This document shows positions 51,853 to 64,000 of a stretch of DNA of 64,000 nt, piece after piece. The stretch's first letter is position 1. Every line of letters begins with the position of its first letter. This DNA is from Octopus sinensis. Lineage: Eukaryota. The notes under the pieces are model-generated. The model had not been told where the DNA came from, searched no databases, and saw nothing but the letters and a program-made list of their open reading frames with translations. The translations under genes and the position numbers were made by a program. The stretch spans positions 21,638,001 to 21,702,000 of the forward strand of contig NC_042998.1 in the NCBI RefSeq assembly GCF_006345805.1, written 5' to 3'.

Positions 51853-52080
51853 TTTCTTTATTGCCACAAGGGGCTAAACATAAAGAGGACAAACAAGGAC
51901 AGACAAAGAGATTAAGTCGATTACATCGACCCTAGTGCGTAACTGGTACTCAATTTATCGACCCCGAAAGGATGAAAGGCAAAGTCGACCTAGGCGGAAT
52001 TTGAACTCAGAACGTAAAGACACGAAATACCGCTAAGCATTTCGCCCGGCGCGCTAACGTTTCTGCCAGCTCACCGCCTT
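51853..52080 (-). mobile_element. SINE family A monomer
   Basis: Homology to 4959-5185. Confidence 0.88.
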
Positions 52081-52085
52081 AATCC

Positions 52086-52121
52086 CTTTCTGTCGAAGAG
52101 CGTAGGTACGAAATGTCAAAG
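52086..52121 (+). ncRNA. Degenerate minimal hammerhead in a PLE-end fragment
   Basis: CTTT-CTGTCGA-A-GAGC-gtag-GTAC-GAAA-TG-TC-AAAG; same layout as 12795-12829. Confidence 0.5.
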
Positions 52122-52975
52122 ACTTTTCCATTCTTCCCGAGCATCAAACTAATACACCTGCTTGTTGTTCCCTTACCTGTCTTCATATTTTGCTTTCTGT
52201 AAATTTGAACCACTCACACAAACAAACAAACAAACAAACAAACAAAATTATAAAACAAGATGCAATGAAGGAGCTTGAATCAAAAACACAATTGTTTCTG
52301 TGCAGAGGTAACAACTTTTAGTTGCTGAGTTTCTCCATATAAATGATAACATAACTAAATATGATCCAACTGCAGCTAAGTACCGGCACGTCATCAGGTG
52401 AGTGGCTTTGATAGCACCTCTAGATCACATTCAGTTTCCCAGTGTTTTATACCCTGCTGTATTTTTTTAGCATACCCTCTATATTGAAAAACTTGCAAAT
52501 TCATAAGTCATAAATTAATGGCAGTAAAAGCATAAAATTATAAAGTACAAAACAAATATGGTATATGGTAGCCGATAAATGTATACGAGACTCGAAATGC
52601 ACGTTATGAGGTTAGTATCCAGATTATATATATATATAATTAATAATAAATATTAGGGAATAAATCCAAACTTACAGGGAAAAATCAGATTTAGGATTGA
52701 ATCCAATTTTATAGTAAAATATTATATTATATTAAATTAGAGACAAAACCACTATTAGGCAAATCATACAATGAAAAACTTAAGAAATTAACAGCCATGA
52801 AACGATCGTAGTGATTTATTAATTATATTTTTTTAATAATTTTGTTATATATTTAAATAATATAAATTAAATAATCTTATATTGGCTTAAGTTTTTCATT
52901 GTATGATTTGCCTAATAGTGGTTTTGTCTCTAATTTAATATAATATATATTATATAATATATAATATATATATAT

Positions 52976-53593
52976 ACTAGCAGTATCGCCGGCGTTGCTC
53001 GGGTTTGTAAGGGAAATAACTATATAAGCATTTTTAGAGAGTTATAGCAAAAAAATAGCAAAAAAATGCATTAAAATTGGAATAAAAAATTATGGTAATT
53101 TGTTTTTAAATCGTTGACTCATCGTAAACATTTTTATTAATAGCGAAAAAATGCATTAAAATGGAAAAAAATGATGGTAAATTTTTTTTTAAATCGTAGA
53201 CTCATGTAGACGCTTTCTTAGCCTTTTCTGTTTTGGTGTCTTCAAGCCATGAAGTCGTTGTTCTAAAAGAACGCTGGTCTCCTTGACAACGTATTACGAC
53301 GTTGATTTCTTTACATTCCCTTCCCCACAGGTGCAGGTGTGACCATGGACGCCAACTCCGCCGCCATGACACACGAAAAATTATGCATTAAAATGGAATA
53401 AAAAATGATGTTAAATTATTTTTAAAATCGTAGACTCATCGTAGACGCGCGCCAATAGCCAGACGGGCTCGATATTAATCACGACTATAAGATACCCGAA
53501 TTTAGTTAAACTGCACCGCAAAATGTGGGAGGAATTAGGAATCTAAATCGAAGGGGACAGACACTCACACAACTACAGTTTTATATATATAGA
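52976..53593 (+). mobile_element. Helentron-like non-autonomous element, family 2, with an extra internal segment
   Basis: ACTAGCAGTATCG start and TTTTATATATATAGA end; 53215-53375 is absent from the partner copy. Confidence 0.6.
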
Positions 53594-53842
53594 TATATAT
53601 AACAATTTAACAATTAAAACATATGCATACATACATACATATATGTACATACCTACATCTATATGTTACCTTCGAAACACGCATTGAGTCGAACCAGGGG
53701 CAGCTGATGAAGGGGAATATTCCTTGTATTGTTTGTCCTGTACTCTGTTTTTACGTTGTTAAAAAATCCCTTTCCTTATTTGATTTTAGGTTTTCGTTCC
53801 TCGTTGTGTTCTACGTTTATTTGTGGTGTTCTGTACTCATAT

Positions 53843-53880
<38 letters not shown>

Positions 53881-53993
53881 GATGTAGGTATGTACATATA
53901 TGTATGTATGTATGTATGCATATATTTTAATTGTTAAATTGTTATTATATGATTGAACGCCTCGCGTCACTTTCTTATTTCTCCAAGTAAGTT

Positions 53994-54026
<33 letters not shown>

Positions 54027-54660
54027 ATTGGTGAATTGAAGAAATGGAGCTGAACGCAGATGAACAGAAATCGTTTTATTTCATTCTACACGTGTTTCAA
54101 GAAAATACATAATACATAACACATAATATATATATATATATATATAATGCTTCCGCTTTGCCTTAGCGACACTAATAACCCGTTGTTAGAATTCAGTATA
54201 CTTGATAGTATTAATGAACACTGACGGACGGCGAGCAGGGGTGAATTGAATTACGTTCTCAACTTCGGTTGCTGGTATAACGTGCCAGAAAACGTAATAT
54301 TAATTAACAAATGAATGACAATGGTTACTATTTACGTAATCAATTTAATCTTAATTTGCTTTTAGCGTTCATTTACACACACACACAGATATTATATTGG
54401 CCCGCACGACTAGCCTGCAGGTGGCATCATTCAAAAGCTAAAAACGTTGCGAAGTGCATTGCGACCAGCGATGTATAATAGCATCCGATTGTCTGGTCGA
54501 TCACGTGATTGTGTGTGTGTGCGTGCGCGCGCGATGTGTGTGTGTGATCGACTCTAGAATATTTTCCTATTTTTCTTAACATGAAACTAACGGTAGCCTT
54601 TAATTCATAATTATATCCACCAATGCAGTGTTGAACACTCGTTTTCACCGTTCGACACTT

Positions 54661-54807
<147 letters not shown>

Positions 54808-54827
54808 ATGTTGTGTGTGTGTGTGTG

Positions 54828-55196
54828 TGGAGGCGCAATGGCCTAGTGGTTAGGGCAGTGGACTCGCGGTCATAGGATCGCGGTTTCGATTCCCAGACCG
54901 GGCGTTGTGAGTGTTTATTGAGCGAAAAACCTAAAAGCTCCACGAGGCTCCGGCAGGGGATGGTGGTAATCCCTGCTGTACTCTTTCACCACAACTTTCT
55001 CTCACTCTTACTTCCTGTTTCTGTTGTACCTGTATCTCAAAGGGCCGGTCTTGTCACTCTCTGTGTCACGCTGAATATCCCCGAGAACTACGTTAAGGGT
55101 GCACGTGTCTATGGAGTGCTCAGCCACTTACACGTTAATTTCACGATCGGATCAACCGGAACCCTCGTCGTCGTAACCGACGGAGTGCTTCCAATC
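54828..55196 (+). mobile_element. tRNA-derived SINE family C
   Basis: A-box TGGCCTAGTGG, B-box GGTTTCGATTCC. Confidence 0.9.
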
Positions 55197-55510
55197 CCAA
55201 ACACACATTATGCATTATATTATTTTATATATCCTAAAATACCTTCCAATGATACGAAACGGTTCCGACATTACGACGGATTCAGAAGAAGAGCTTGCAA
55301 TGCCTCAGATTACCTCCTGCAGTTTCTACGTGGGGCAAAGAAACTCCCTTGTTTATAATCTTCTCTGAGCTTTACCTTGAGCTATGCTGTTCACGGCTGG
55401 CATACCTGAACCCTGTATAAACACCAGTTTTTTCTATTGATCCCACGATCGTGGATAGTCTAGCTAGGGACGAAAATCAAAGCAAATTGTCGACTCATTA
55501 TATATACTCA

Positions 55511-56011
55511 ATATATATAAGACTGTAGTTGTGTGAGTGTCTGTCCCCTTCGATTTAGATTCCTAACTACTCCCACATTTTGCGGTGCAGTTTAACCAAA
55601 TTCGGGTATCTTATAGTCGTGATTCATATCGAGCCCGTCTGGGTATTAGCGCGCGTCTACGATGAGTCTACGATTTTAAAAATAATTTAACATCATTTTT
55701 TATTCCATTTTAATGCATTTTTCGCTATTATATAAGGAAAGTAACTCTCTAAAAATGTCTACGATGAGTCAACGATTAAAAAAAAATTACCATCATTTTT
55801 TATTCCATTTTAATGCATTTTTTCGCTATTATATAAGGGAAGTAACTCTCTAAAAATGTCTACGATTAGTCATCGATTTTTTAAAAAATTACCATCATTT
55901 TTTATTTCATTTTTAATGCATTTCTTGCTATTTTTTTGCTATAACTCACTAAAAATGTTTATATAGTTATTTCCCTTACAAACCCGAGCAACGCCGGGCG
56001 ACACTGCTAGT
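55511..56011 (-). mobile_element. Helentron-like element, family 2, with about 95-bp internal tandem repeats
   Basis: Inverted homolog of 52976-53593. Confidence 0.6.
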
Positions 56012-56058
56012 ACTCAATATATATATATATCTTCTTAACGTACTAAGTGCTATACCAG

Positions 56059-56392
56059 ACTAGCAGTATGACCCGGCAATACAGCTGCATGCGTGCGCAC
56101 ATACACACGAGTACTGTCCAAATCTCCGACCAATCACATACAGCTAGCTGGCATTCAATTGGCGTATCAGGTTTCGGGCATTTTGATTGGGTTTTGGATA
56201 GAAAATTCACAAAAATGTCACATCTATTGATTTTTAATGGCTTTGCGAGGTGACTAGGGAAATGTAAAGATGTGCACGACTACCCTTGGACGGTTTTGAA
56301 TGACCATAGAAAGTGCGAGCCCTCTAACTGAAAAATGGTGGATTTGTATAAAGGACACACACACACAGACATTTTGCCGTTTATATATAGAG
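56059..56392 (+). mobile_element. Helentron-like element, family 3
   Basis: ACTAGCAGTATGACCCGGC start and GTTTATATATAGAG end. Confidence 0.5.
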
Positions 56393-56869
56393 AGATAATG
56401 CTTGCACTATTTAAAATATATCATTTATATACTTTATAACTGTTACATCGCTATATGTATATATGTGTTGTGTGTATAAGTGTTGTACGTGTGTGTGCGT
56501 ACAGTCCCTTCCAAGTGAGGCTGGTAAATAGCAATGGAGTAAATTATGATTTTCTTTTGAAAATCTGGCGTTTCAAAGTCATTAAACAATTCTCTACGTA
56601 ACGATTACCGCACAGCATTGTAATAAAGAGTTTAACTAAATCTTGCTGTTGACGCCACCAAAAATGAACAATGTTATCGTTAAAGACGTGACATTGTAAG
56701 GATTTTTTTGCACGATAACTGACGAGGCGAGAGCAACGGCTTGTGTGTGAATTTTACGTTTGTTCCATTGTTACGTTTCTGCTGAATTTTGGGAACTTAT
56801 TTAATGTAGCGCTATGCACCATTTTTATTGTTACGTGTGTGTGTGTTATATGCATTCATGTATACGTAC

Positions 56870-57385
56870 GTACGTACACACATATATACGTCCGTACGTA
56901 CATACATACATACGTCCGTACGTGCATACATACGTCCGTACGTGCATACATACATACGTCCGTACGTGCATACATACGTCCGTACGTGCATACATACGTC
57001 CGTACGTGCATACATACGTCCGTACGTGCATACATACATACATACGTGCATACATACATACATACGTGCATACATACATACGTACATACATACGTACATA
57101 CATACGTACATACATACGTACATACATACATACATACGTACATACGTACATACATACATACGTACATACATACGTACATACACACACATACACATACACA
57201 CACATACACATACACACACATACACACACATACACATACACACACATACACATACACACACATACACACATACACACACACATACATACATACACATACA
57301 CACACACACACACGTCCCTACATACATACATACATACATACATACATACATACATACATACATACATACATACATACATACATGT
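56870..57385. repeat. 20-bp CATACATACGTCCGTACGTG units grading into (TACA)n
   Basis: Direct reading. Confidence 0.93.
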
Positions 57386-57887
57386 GGATTATGTACACAA
57401 ACATGTATCATGTAGCACTCGGTGTATGGCTTGTATCAGCTGGCAATTTCCGCCGTTGTTACTCAAAGTTTCATGGATGTAGGTTACACGTGAAACATAC
57501 GAAACTCCGAGTAGCAAAGAAGTGAATCACAGAAACACACAGATACACACGCGTGCACGCATGCACACACATGATTTTATAATACAAGAGACGAAAATAA
57601 TGATGATGATGATTTCAAGTTTTGACACGAGGCCAGCATGTTTGGGGAAGCGATTACATCGATCCATCGATCTCAATATTCAACTGGTACTTAGTTTATT
57701 GACCCGCGAAAGGATAAACGGCAAAGCCGACCCTGGCGGAATTTGAACTCAGAACGTAAAGACGGACGAAGTGCCGCTAAACATTTTGCCCGACGCGCTA
57801 ATGATTCTATCAACTAACAATAGAAGCTCCCACAGGAAGTTTATCTCTTAGGGACAGCAAAGATTATCACGTGGGTTCAAAAATACT

Positions 57888-58130
57888 CTTTTACTTGTTT
57901 CAGTCATTTGACTGTGGCCATGCTGGAGCACCGCCTTTAGTCGAGCAAATCGCCCCCAGGACTTATTCTTTGTAAGCCTAGTACTTATTCTATCGGTTTC
58001 CTTTGCCGAAACGCTAAGTTACGTTGATGTAAACACACCAGCATCGGTTGTCAAGTGATGTTGGGAGGGACAAACACAGACACACAAACATATACACACA
58101 CACACGCACATTATATATATATATACGACG
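57888..58130 (-). mobile_element. SINE family B, 3' half
   Basis: Homology to 61655-62042. Confidence 0.85.
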
Positions 58131-58489
58131 GGCTTCTATTGAAAACTTGTGCATATCTAAAGGTTACAGGTAGCAACTGGCTACCCTCATAAATCCTACC
58201 AGGAATGAGATCAAAACTGAGCCAAACCAAATAATAATCCCATATACTGAAGGTTCAAGCCCTGAAATTTGAAGGGATGGGACTACTTGACTGCATCGAT
58301 CCCAGTGTTTCACTGGTACTCAATTTATCGAACCCGAAAGGATGAAAGAAGAAGTTGACCCTGGCGCAACTTGAACTCAGAACATTGAGACGGACAAAAT
58401 GCCGCTGAGAATTTTTCTCGGCATGCTGATGATTCTGTCAGTTAATCATAATAATAATAATAATAATAATAATAATTTTTAGTATGGGT

Positions 58490-58929
58490 ACAAGGCCTGA
58501 AATTTTGGGAAAAGGGGGCAAATCGATCACATCGAACCCAGTACTTTACTGGTACTTGATTTATCGACCCCGAAAGGATGAAAGGCAAAGTCGACCTCGG
58601 CGGAATTTGAACTCAGAACGTTCAGACAGACGAAATACCTATTTCTTTACTACCCACAAGGGGCTAAACACAGAGAGGACAAACAAGGACAGACAAACGG
58701 ATTAAGTCGATTACATCGACCACAGTGAGTAACTGGTACTTAATTTATCGACCCCGAAAGGATGAAAGGCAAAGTCGACCTCGGCGGAATTTGAACTCAG
58801 AACGTAGCGGCAGACGAAATACCGCTAAGCACTTCACCCGGCGTGCTAACATTTCTGCCAGCTCGCCGACAGACGAAATACCGCTAAGCATTTTGCTCAG
58901 TGTGCTAACGATTCTGCCAGCTTGCTGCC

Positions 58930-58930
<1 letters not shown>
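58490..58930 (-). mobile_element. SINE family A multimer
   Basis: Junction at 58639; duplicated head segment at 58870-58925. Confidence 0.85.
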
Positions 58931-58968
<38 letters not shown>

Positions 58969-58971
<3 letters not shown>

Positions 58972-59530
58972 GCCCTGATGTAGTACCAGGCACTGGCTCT
59001 CATGGCTTCTGATCTTAACTGATTGGAAGTGTTATCATGTACATTGTTTTGTCTTGGTATAAAAGATGAACTACAGCAAATATTCTGCTCAATACCACAG
59101 ATTTGCTTGTCAGTTGTTTGACCTTAACCAGTTGAGCATGTCCCTTAGTGGCTGACGATATGTGCATCTCTGATCACGAGCAGAAGTAGTGGGGGAGCAT
59201 CATAGCCGTGTGTTGAGAGGAATTTGAGGTTTGGATAATTCACCTCAGGAAACATGGGTGTTTTGTTCAACATCCTTAAACAACCCTTATTCAGAGACCT
59301 TTTGATCGAGATGGGCTACTCGACCAGAAGAAAATTCTAACTGGGCCCCACCTGCAAGGTCATGCGCTGTTTATCTTGATATGAGATCCCCATGTCACGC
59401 AAAACAATGGTTGTGATGCATGTGCCTGGTGTATCCTTATCAGACGGGTAGTCATGATGGGTATACTGGGCTTCGCATATTTTACCCCAGTGTCACTTTG
59501 ATGGCATGCAATGCTCGCTCTCTCAACGAT
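58969..59530. mobile_element. Unclassified non-coding insert bounded by (TAA)n on both sides
   Basis: About 560 bp of complex sequence splitting a TAA array; single copy in the window, so repeat status is inferred. Confidence 0.4.
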
Positions 59531-60081
59531 AATAATAATAATAAATTATTCAATTGTGATCTGGTGTTAAATATTTATTTTTGTAAAAAAAAAAAATATA
59601 AAAAGGTGACATTTAAAATATCAGAAATGCGTGACTACAAGGAGATTTACATAAATCTTTTTTTTTTTTTTTTGACAACTCAACAAAAGTTTCACTCTTT
59701 CAATTTTCTCAAATTATGCATACACAATAGACACACACACACACACACATCTATCTATCTATCTATATACACACACACACACATCTATCTATCTATCTAT
59801 ATACACACACACACACATCTATCTATCTATCTATACACACACACACACATCTATCTATCTATCTATATACACACACACACACATCTATCTATCTATCTAT
59901 ATACACACACACACACATCTATCTATCTATCTATATACACACACACACACATCTATCTATCTACACACACACATCTATCTATCTACACACACACATCTAT
60001 CTATCTACACACACACATCTATCTATCTACACACACACATCTATCTATCTACACACACACATCTATCTATCTATCTATCTA

Positions 60082-60139
<58 letters not shown>

Positions 60140-60349
60140 GCCTATACGTAGTTAGGAGCTTATACATTGGAGGTGTTTCCTACGTGAATGCAATGCATGC
60201 GTTTAGTTATATTAAATGAATACAAATCAAACAATCTTATGTTTTTCTTTAATATAAATCTTGCATTTTTATTAGCAGAAAGAGAATCTTATTCTATGGA
60301 CGTGATTTTAAAACTGCATGCTCTGACTTAAGTACCAGATACGCGCGTG

Positions 60350-60352
60350 CGA

Positions 60353-60386
<34 letters not shown>

Positions 60387-60422
60387 CGCGGCGTGTGTGT
60401 GTGGTGTGTGTGCGCGTGTGGT

Positions 60423-60469
<47 letters not shown>

Positions 60470-60900
60470 TTGTAGTGTGTGTGTGTTAGTGTGTGTGTTA
60501 GTGTTAGTGTTGTTTAGTGTTAGTGTGTGTGTTAGTGTGTGTGTTAGTGTTAGTGTGTGTGTTAGTGTTAGTGTGTGTGTTAGTGTTAGTGTGTGGTGTG
60601 TCAGTGTGTGTGTGTGTCAGTGTGTGTGTGTGTCAGTGTGTGTGTGTGTCAGTGTGTGTGTTGTGTGTCAGTGTGTGTGTGTGTCAGTGTGTGTGTGTGT
60701 CAGTGTGTGTGTGTGTCAGTGTGTGTGTGTGTCAGTGTGTGTGTGTCAGTGTGTGTGTGTCAGTGTGTGTGTGTCAGTGTGTGTGTGTCAGTGTGTGTGT
60801 GTCAGTGTGTGTGTTAGTGTGTGTGTTAGTGTGTGTGTTAGTGTGTGTGTTAGTGTGTGTGTTAGTGTGTGTGTTAGTGTGTGTGTTAGTGTGTGCGTGT
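60350..60900. repeat. (GT)n with periodic TTAG/TCAG interruptions
   Basis: Direct reading. Confidence 0.95.
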
Positions 60901-61654
60901 GGATTGAACGATACGTACAAACATACATGTGTGTTTGCGTGTGCACAAATGTATGTGTATTACATATATATATATATATATATATGTATCTATATATACA
61001 TATATGTATATGTATGTATACATGTATATATATATATATCGCTGTTTTTGTTGTTGTTTGTTTGTTTTTTGTTCTCGTTGGTGAAGCTGCTACGGATCAT
61101 GACTGTTGCGTAGAAGGCAGAGGGTGGGACTGGGGGGTTGGAGTTGTTGGGTTTTTTTTTTTAATATTTTTTTCCTTTTTTTGTTTATTGCTTTTGTTAT
61201 CGTTGTTCTTTCCCCCTCTACTTGTCTCTGTATTTCATTTCTGATTTATTGAAACGCGTCTTCCATTTGACACACACTCTCTTTCTCTTTCTCATTTTAT
61301 CTCTCTGTCTACCTATCACTGTCACTCTATCGCATACACCAGTACGTACATACACACTCACTCTCTCTCTCTCTCTGTCTGTCTCATACACTTACTCTCT
61401 CTCTCTCTCCTCTCCCTCTCATATCCGTAATGTGTCTTTTTCCCGCTCTTATTACTTGACTTTGTTTCATGCATTTTTTGTAATATTTTCTCCTTAAATT
61501 CACTCGTGTTTCGGCATCTCGTTCTCTCTCTCCCTCACTTTTCATACTCTTTCCCCTCTTTCTTTCTGTACTAGATAGATAGAGTGAGAGAGAATGAGAC
61601 AGGCAGGCAGACAGACAGCTAGCTAGATAGCTAGACAGAAATTTTTTTTTTTTA

Positions 61655-62042
61655 CTTGTTTCAGTCATTTGACTGCGGCCATGCTGGAGCACCGCCTTTA
61701 GTCGAGCAAATCAACCCCGGGACTTATTCTTTGTAAGCCCAGTACTTATTCTATCGATCTCTTTTGCCGAACCGCTAAGTTACGGGGACGTAAACACACC
61801 AGCATCGGTTGTCAAGCAATGCTAGGGGGACAAACAAACACATACACACACCACACATATATATATATATATATACATATATACGACAGGCTTCTTTCAA
61901 TTTCCGTCTACCAAATCCACTCACAAGGCATTGGTCGGCCCGGGGCTATAGTAGAAGACACTTGCCCAAGATGCCACGCAGTGGGATTGAACCCGGAACC
62001 ATGTGGTTGGTTAGCAAGCTACTTACCACACAGCCACTCCTG
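61655..62042 (-). mobile_element. SINE family B, full length
   Basis: Reverse complement of the 51247-51640 type. Confidence 0.9.
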
Positions 62043-62213
62043 CGCCTATATATTTGTATTTATCTAATAAGTGCTAGCCCACGAAACTCTCGTGCCTTGA
62101 GTCACTGGTTACTTCTACCATATATTAAAACATTTCTGTGTTGGGGTGGGGTAAGAGAATAACGGTGGTCAGCGTCAATAGGACTTTTATTGTTTAGAAA
62201 AAGCAGTAAAGTA

Positions 62214-62246
62214 TCCAACGTTTCGGATTGAGTACTTCTTCAGGGC
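62214..62246 (-). ncRNA. Minimal hammerhead motif, intact core, damaged stem II
   Basis: GCC-CTGAAGA-A-gtactcaatcc-GAAA-CG-TT-GGA. Confidence 0.5.
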
Positions 62247-62365
62247 TGAAGAGAACAGGGAAGCGAAATAAACAGAAGAAATGGCGTCTTTTCTCTCATC
62301 TTAAGCCTGAAAAATGACTCCACCCGAAGCGTATAATTTTCCACGTTAATCTTTCTTGGGCGCTT

Positions 62366-62426
<61 letters not shown>

Positions 62427-62555
62427 AGAGAGAGAGAGAGAAAGAGAGAGAGAGTGTGTGTGTGTGTGTACACATACATAAAAAACACAAATATAAACAT
62501 CATACATAAGCGGATATATCCACGTACACAGGTAAATAGTATTTTATATACACCT

Positions 62556-62593
<38 letters not shown>

Positions 62594-62607
62594 GGAGAGA
62601 GAGAGAG

Positions 62608-62647
<40 letters not shown>

Positions 62648-62785
62648 GGGATGGATGGATAGGCAGACAGACAGAGATAGATAGATAGACAGACAGACAT
62701 ATCCCTAAAAAGACATAAATATATATATATGCACATATATTTACAAACACATACATACACACCCCACCCACACCCCATATATATA

Positions 62786-64000
62786 CAGGGGTTTGACAAA
62801 ATAATGGAAACACCTAGCATCATAATTTTGAAATTTCTATAAAAACCGTCAAAAGCTTACTTGTTTTTATGTTTTTTGATTGGCATGTTTTGCTAAAATT
62901 GCTGTGACTTTTCGGATATCCTCAGAAAAAGGTAATTAAAATTCAATAAAATGACAGATGTATCGGACTTTCAAAGAGGTCAAATTGTTGGTGCTCGAAT
63001 GGTAGGTGCTAGCGTAACGAAAACAGCCGAGATGTTTGGGGTATCAAGAAGCACTGTCTCGAAAGTAATGACAGCCTTTAAGAAAGAGGGGAAAATCTCA
63101 TCGGAAAAAATAACTCCAGAGGAAAACCAAAACTTTCAGATAGAGGCTGTCAGACTCTTATGCGAATTGTTAGAAAGGATCACAAAAGTACAGCTCCCAA
63201 AATTACTGCATAGCTTGATGACCACCTCGGAACCCAGTTTCCAAAATCACTGTTCGCCGAGAACTGTACAAAGCCGGATTTCACGGGAGGGCTACAATCA
63301 GAAAACCACTACTTTCAAAAATAAACGTTGCAAAGCGTTTAGAGTGGAATAAAACCCCACAGAATTGGTCACTGGAGCAGTGGAAGAATGTTATTTTCTC
63401 AGACATGTCATCCTTTACCTTATTTCCGACCACCGGCCGAGTATACCTGTGGAGACAGCCAAAAGAAGCATTTGCCCCAGACCGCCTTCTTCCAACTGCT
63501 AAGCATGGAGGAGGATCTGTGATGATCTGGGGGTGGGGGTCTATATCTTGGAAATCTGCCAGCCCAATGGTTTCCCTTCATGGCAGAATTATTAGTCAAG
63601 ACTATTTAAGCATTTTATCTGACCAAATTTATCCTGTGGTTGCGAAAGTGTTTCCGGATGATAATGCACCAATTCCCAATCTTTCAAGGTGATAATGCAC
63701 CAATTCACACAGCTAAAGTTGTTACTGAATGGCACGAGGAATATTGTGGTGAAGTTGAACATCTTATCTGGCCACCACAGTCCCCAGATCTCAATAGGAT
63801 AGAAAAATTATGGTGCATTTTAGAAAAATAAGTAAGGAGTCGATATCCTCCACTATAATCATTAGAATAACTGGAAACTGTTTTAGCTGAAAAATGGACA
63901 ACAATTCCTTTGGAAACAATTCAAGCTTTGTACGAGTCCATACCTCGTAGAATTCAAGCTGTAATTACTGCCAACGGCGGTCCTACCCTATATTAAAATA
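62786..64000 (+). mobile_element. Tc1-family DNA transposon (DD36E), right end beyond the window
   Basis: TA followed by the TIR CAGGGGTTTGACAAAATAATGGAAACACC; transposase remnant follows. Confidence 0.92.
62951..63996 (+). pseudogene. Frameshifted Tc1 transposase
   Basis: MTDVSDFQRGQIVGAR, FSD, KHGGGSVMIW, DNAPIH...WPPQSPDLNRIE, IQAVITANGGPTLY*; several frameshifts and stops. Confidence 0.9.

Noticed and set aside
53669-53725. Possible permuted (type II) hammerhead: GAAA...GTC...CTGATGA
   Set aside because: Stem I cannot pair and stem II needs two wobbles plus a bulge; kept only as a weak motif.
54828-54905. tRNA gene-like heads (also at 4959, 47144, 51247)
   Set aside because: They continue into SINE bodies and lack a complete cloverleaf.
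60480-60900. TTAG-containing repeats as interstitial telomere
   Set aside because: Units are GTTAGT/GTCAGT within (GT)n, not TTAGGG or TTAGG.

Overview
AT-rich, microsatellite-saturated animal DNA. The tRNA-derived SINE families and overall repeat landscape suggest an octopus genome (inference). One host gene is recoverable: a 3-coding-exon CD225/dispanin-family membrane protein on the minus strand (6357-6136, 3486-3373, 570-403; 167 aa). A candidate TATA-driven non-coding first exon lies at about 38.7-39.1 kb. The rest is transposon debris and simple repeats: four Penelope-like retroelement (PLE) bodies (three Neptune-like, one of them arranged as a 3.6-kb palindrome, and one Hydra-like), R4/Dong-type, CR1/L2-type and RTE LINEs, several SINE families, Helentron-like non-autonomous elements and a decayed DD36E Tc1 element. 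The strongest unannotated signal is a set of about 10 minimal type I hammerhead ribozyme motifs (plus 2 half motifs) at PLE 3' ends/pLTRs. They show U3-A8 covariation and palindromic stems III of at least six distinct sequences, and one has a perfect core with an unusually long stem II insertion. A solo pLTR-like element carries five tandem CCAAT-CRE modules, a TATA box, an Inr, a mini-exon and a degenerate hammerhead. PLE hammerheads are a known class; the specific configurations here may be undescribed. Most long ORFs in the track are microsatellite artefacts. All analysis was by eye, and TE boundaries are approximate.
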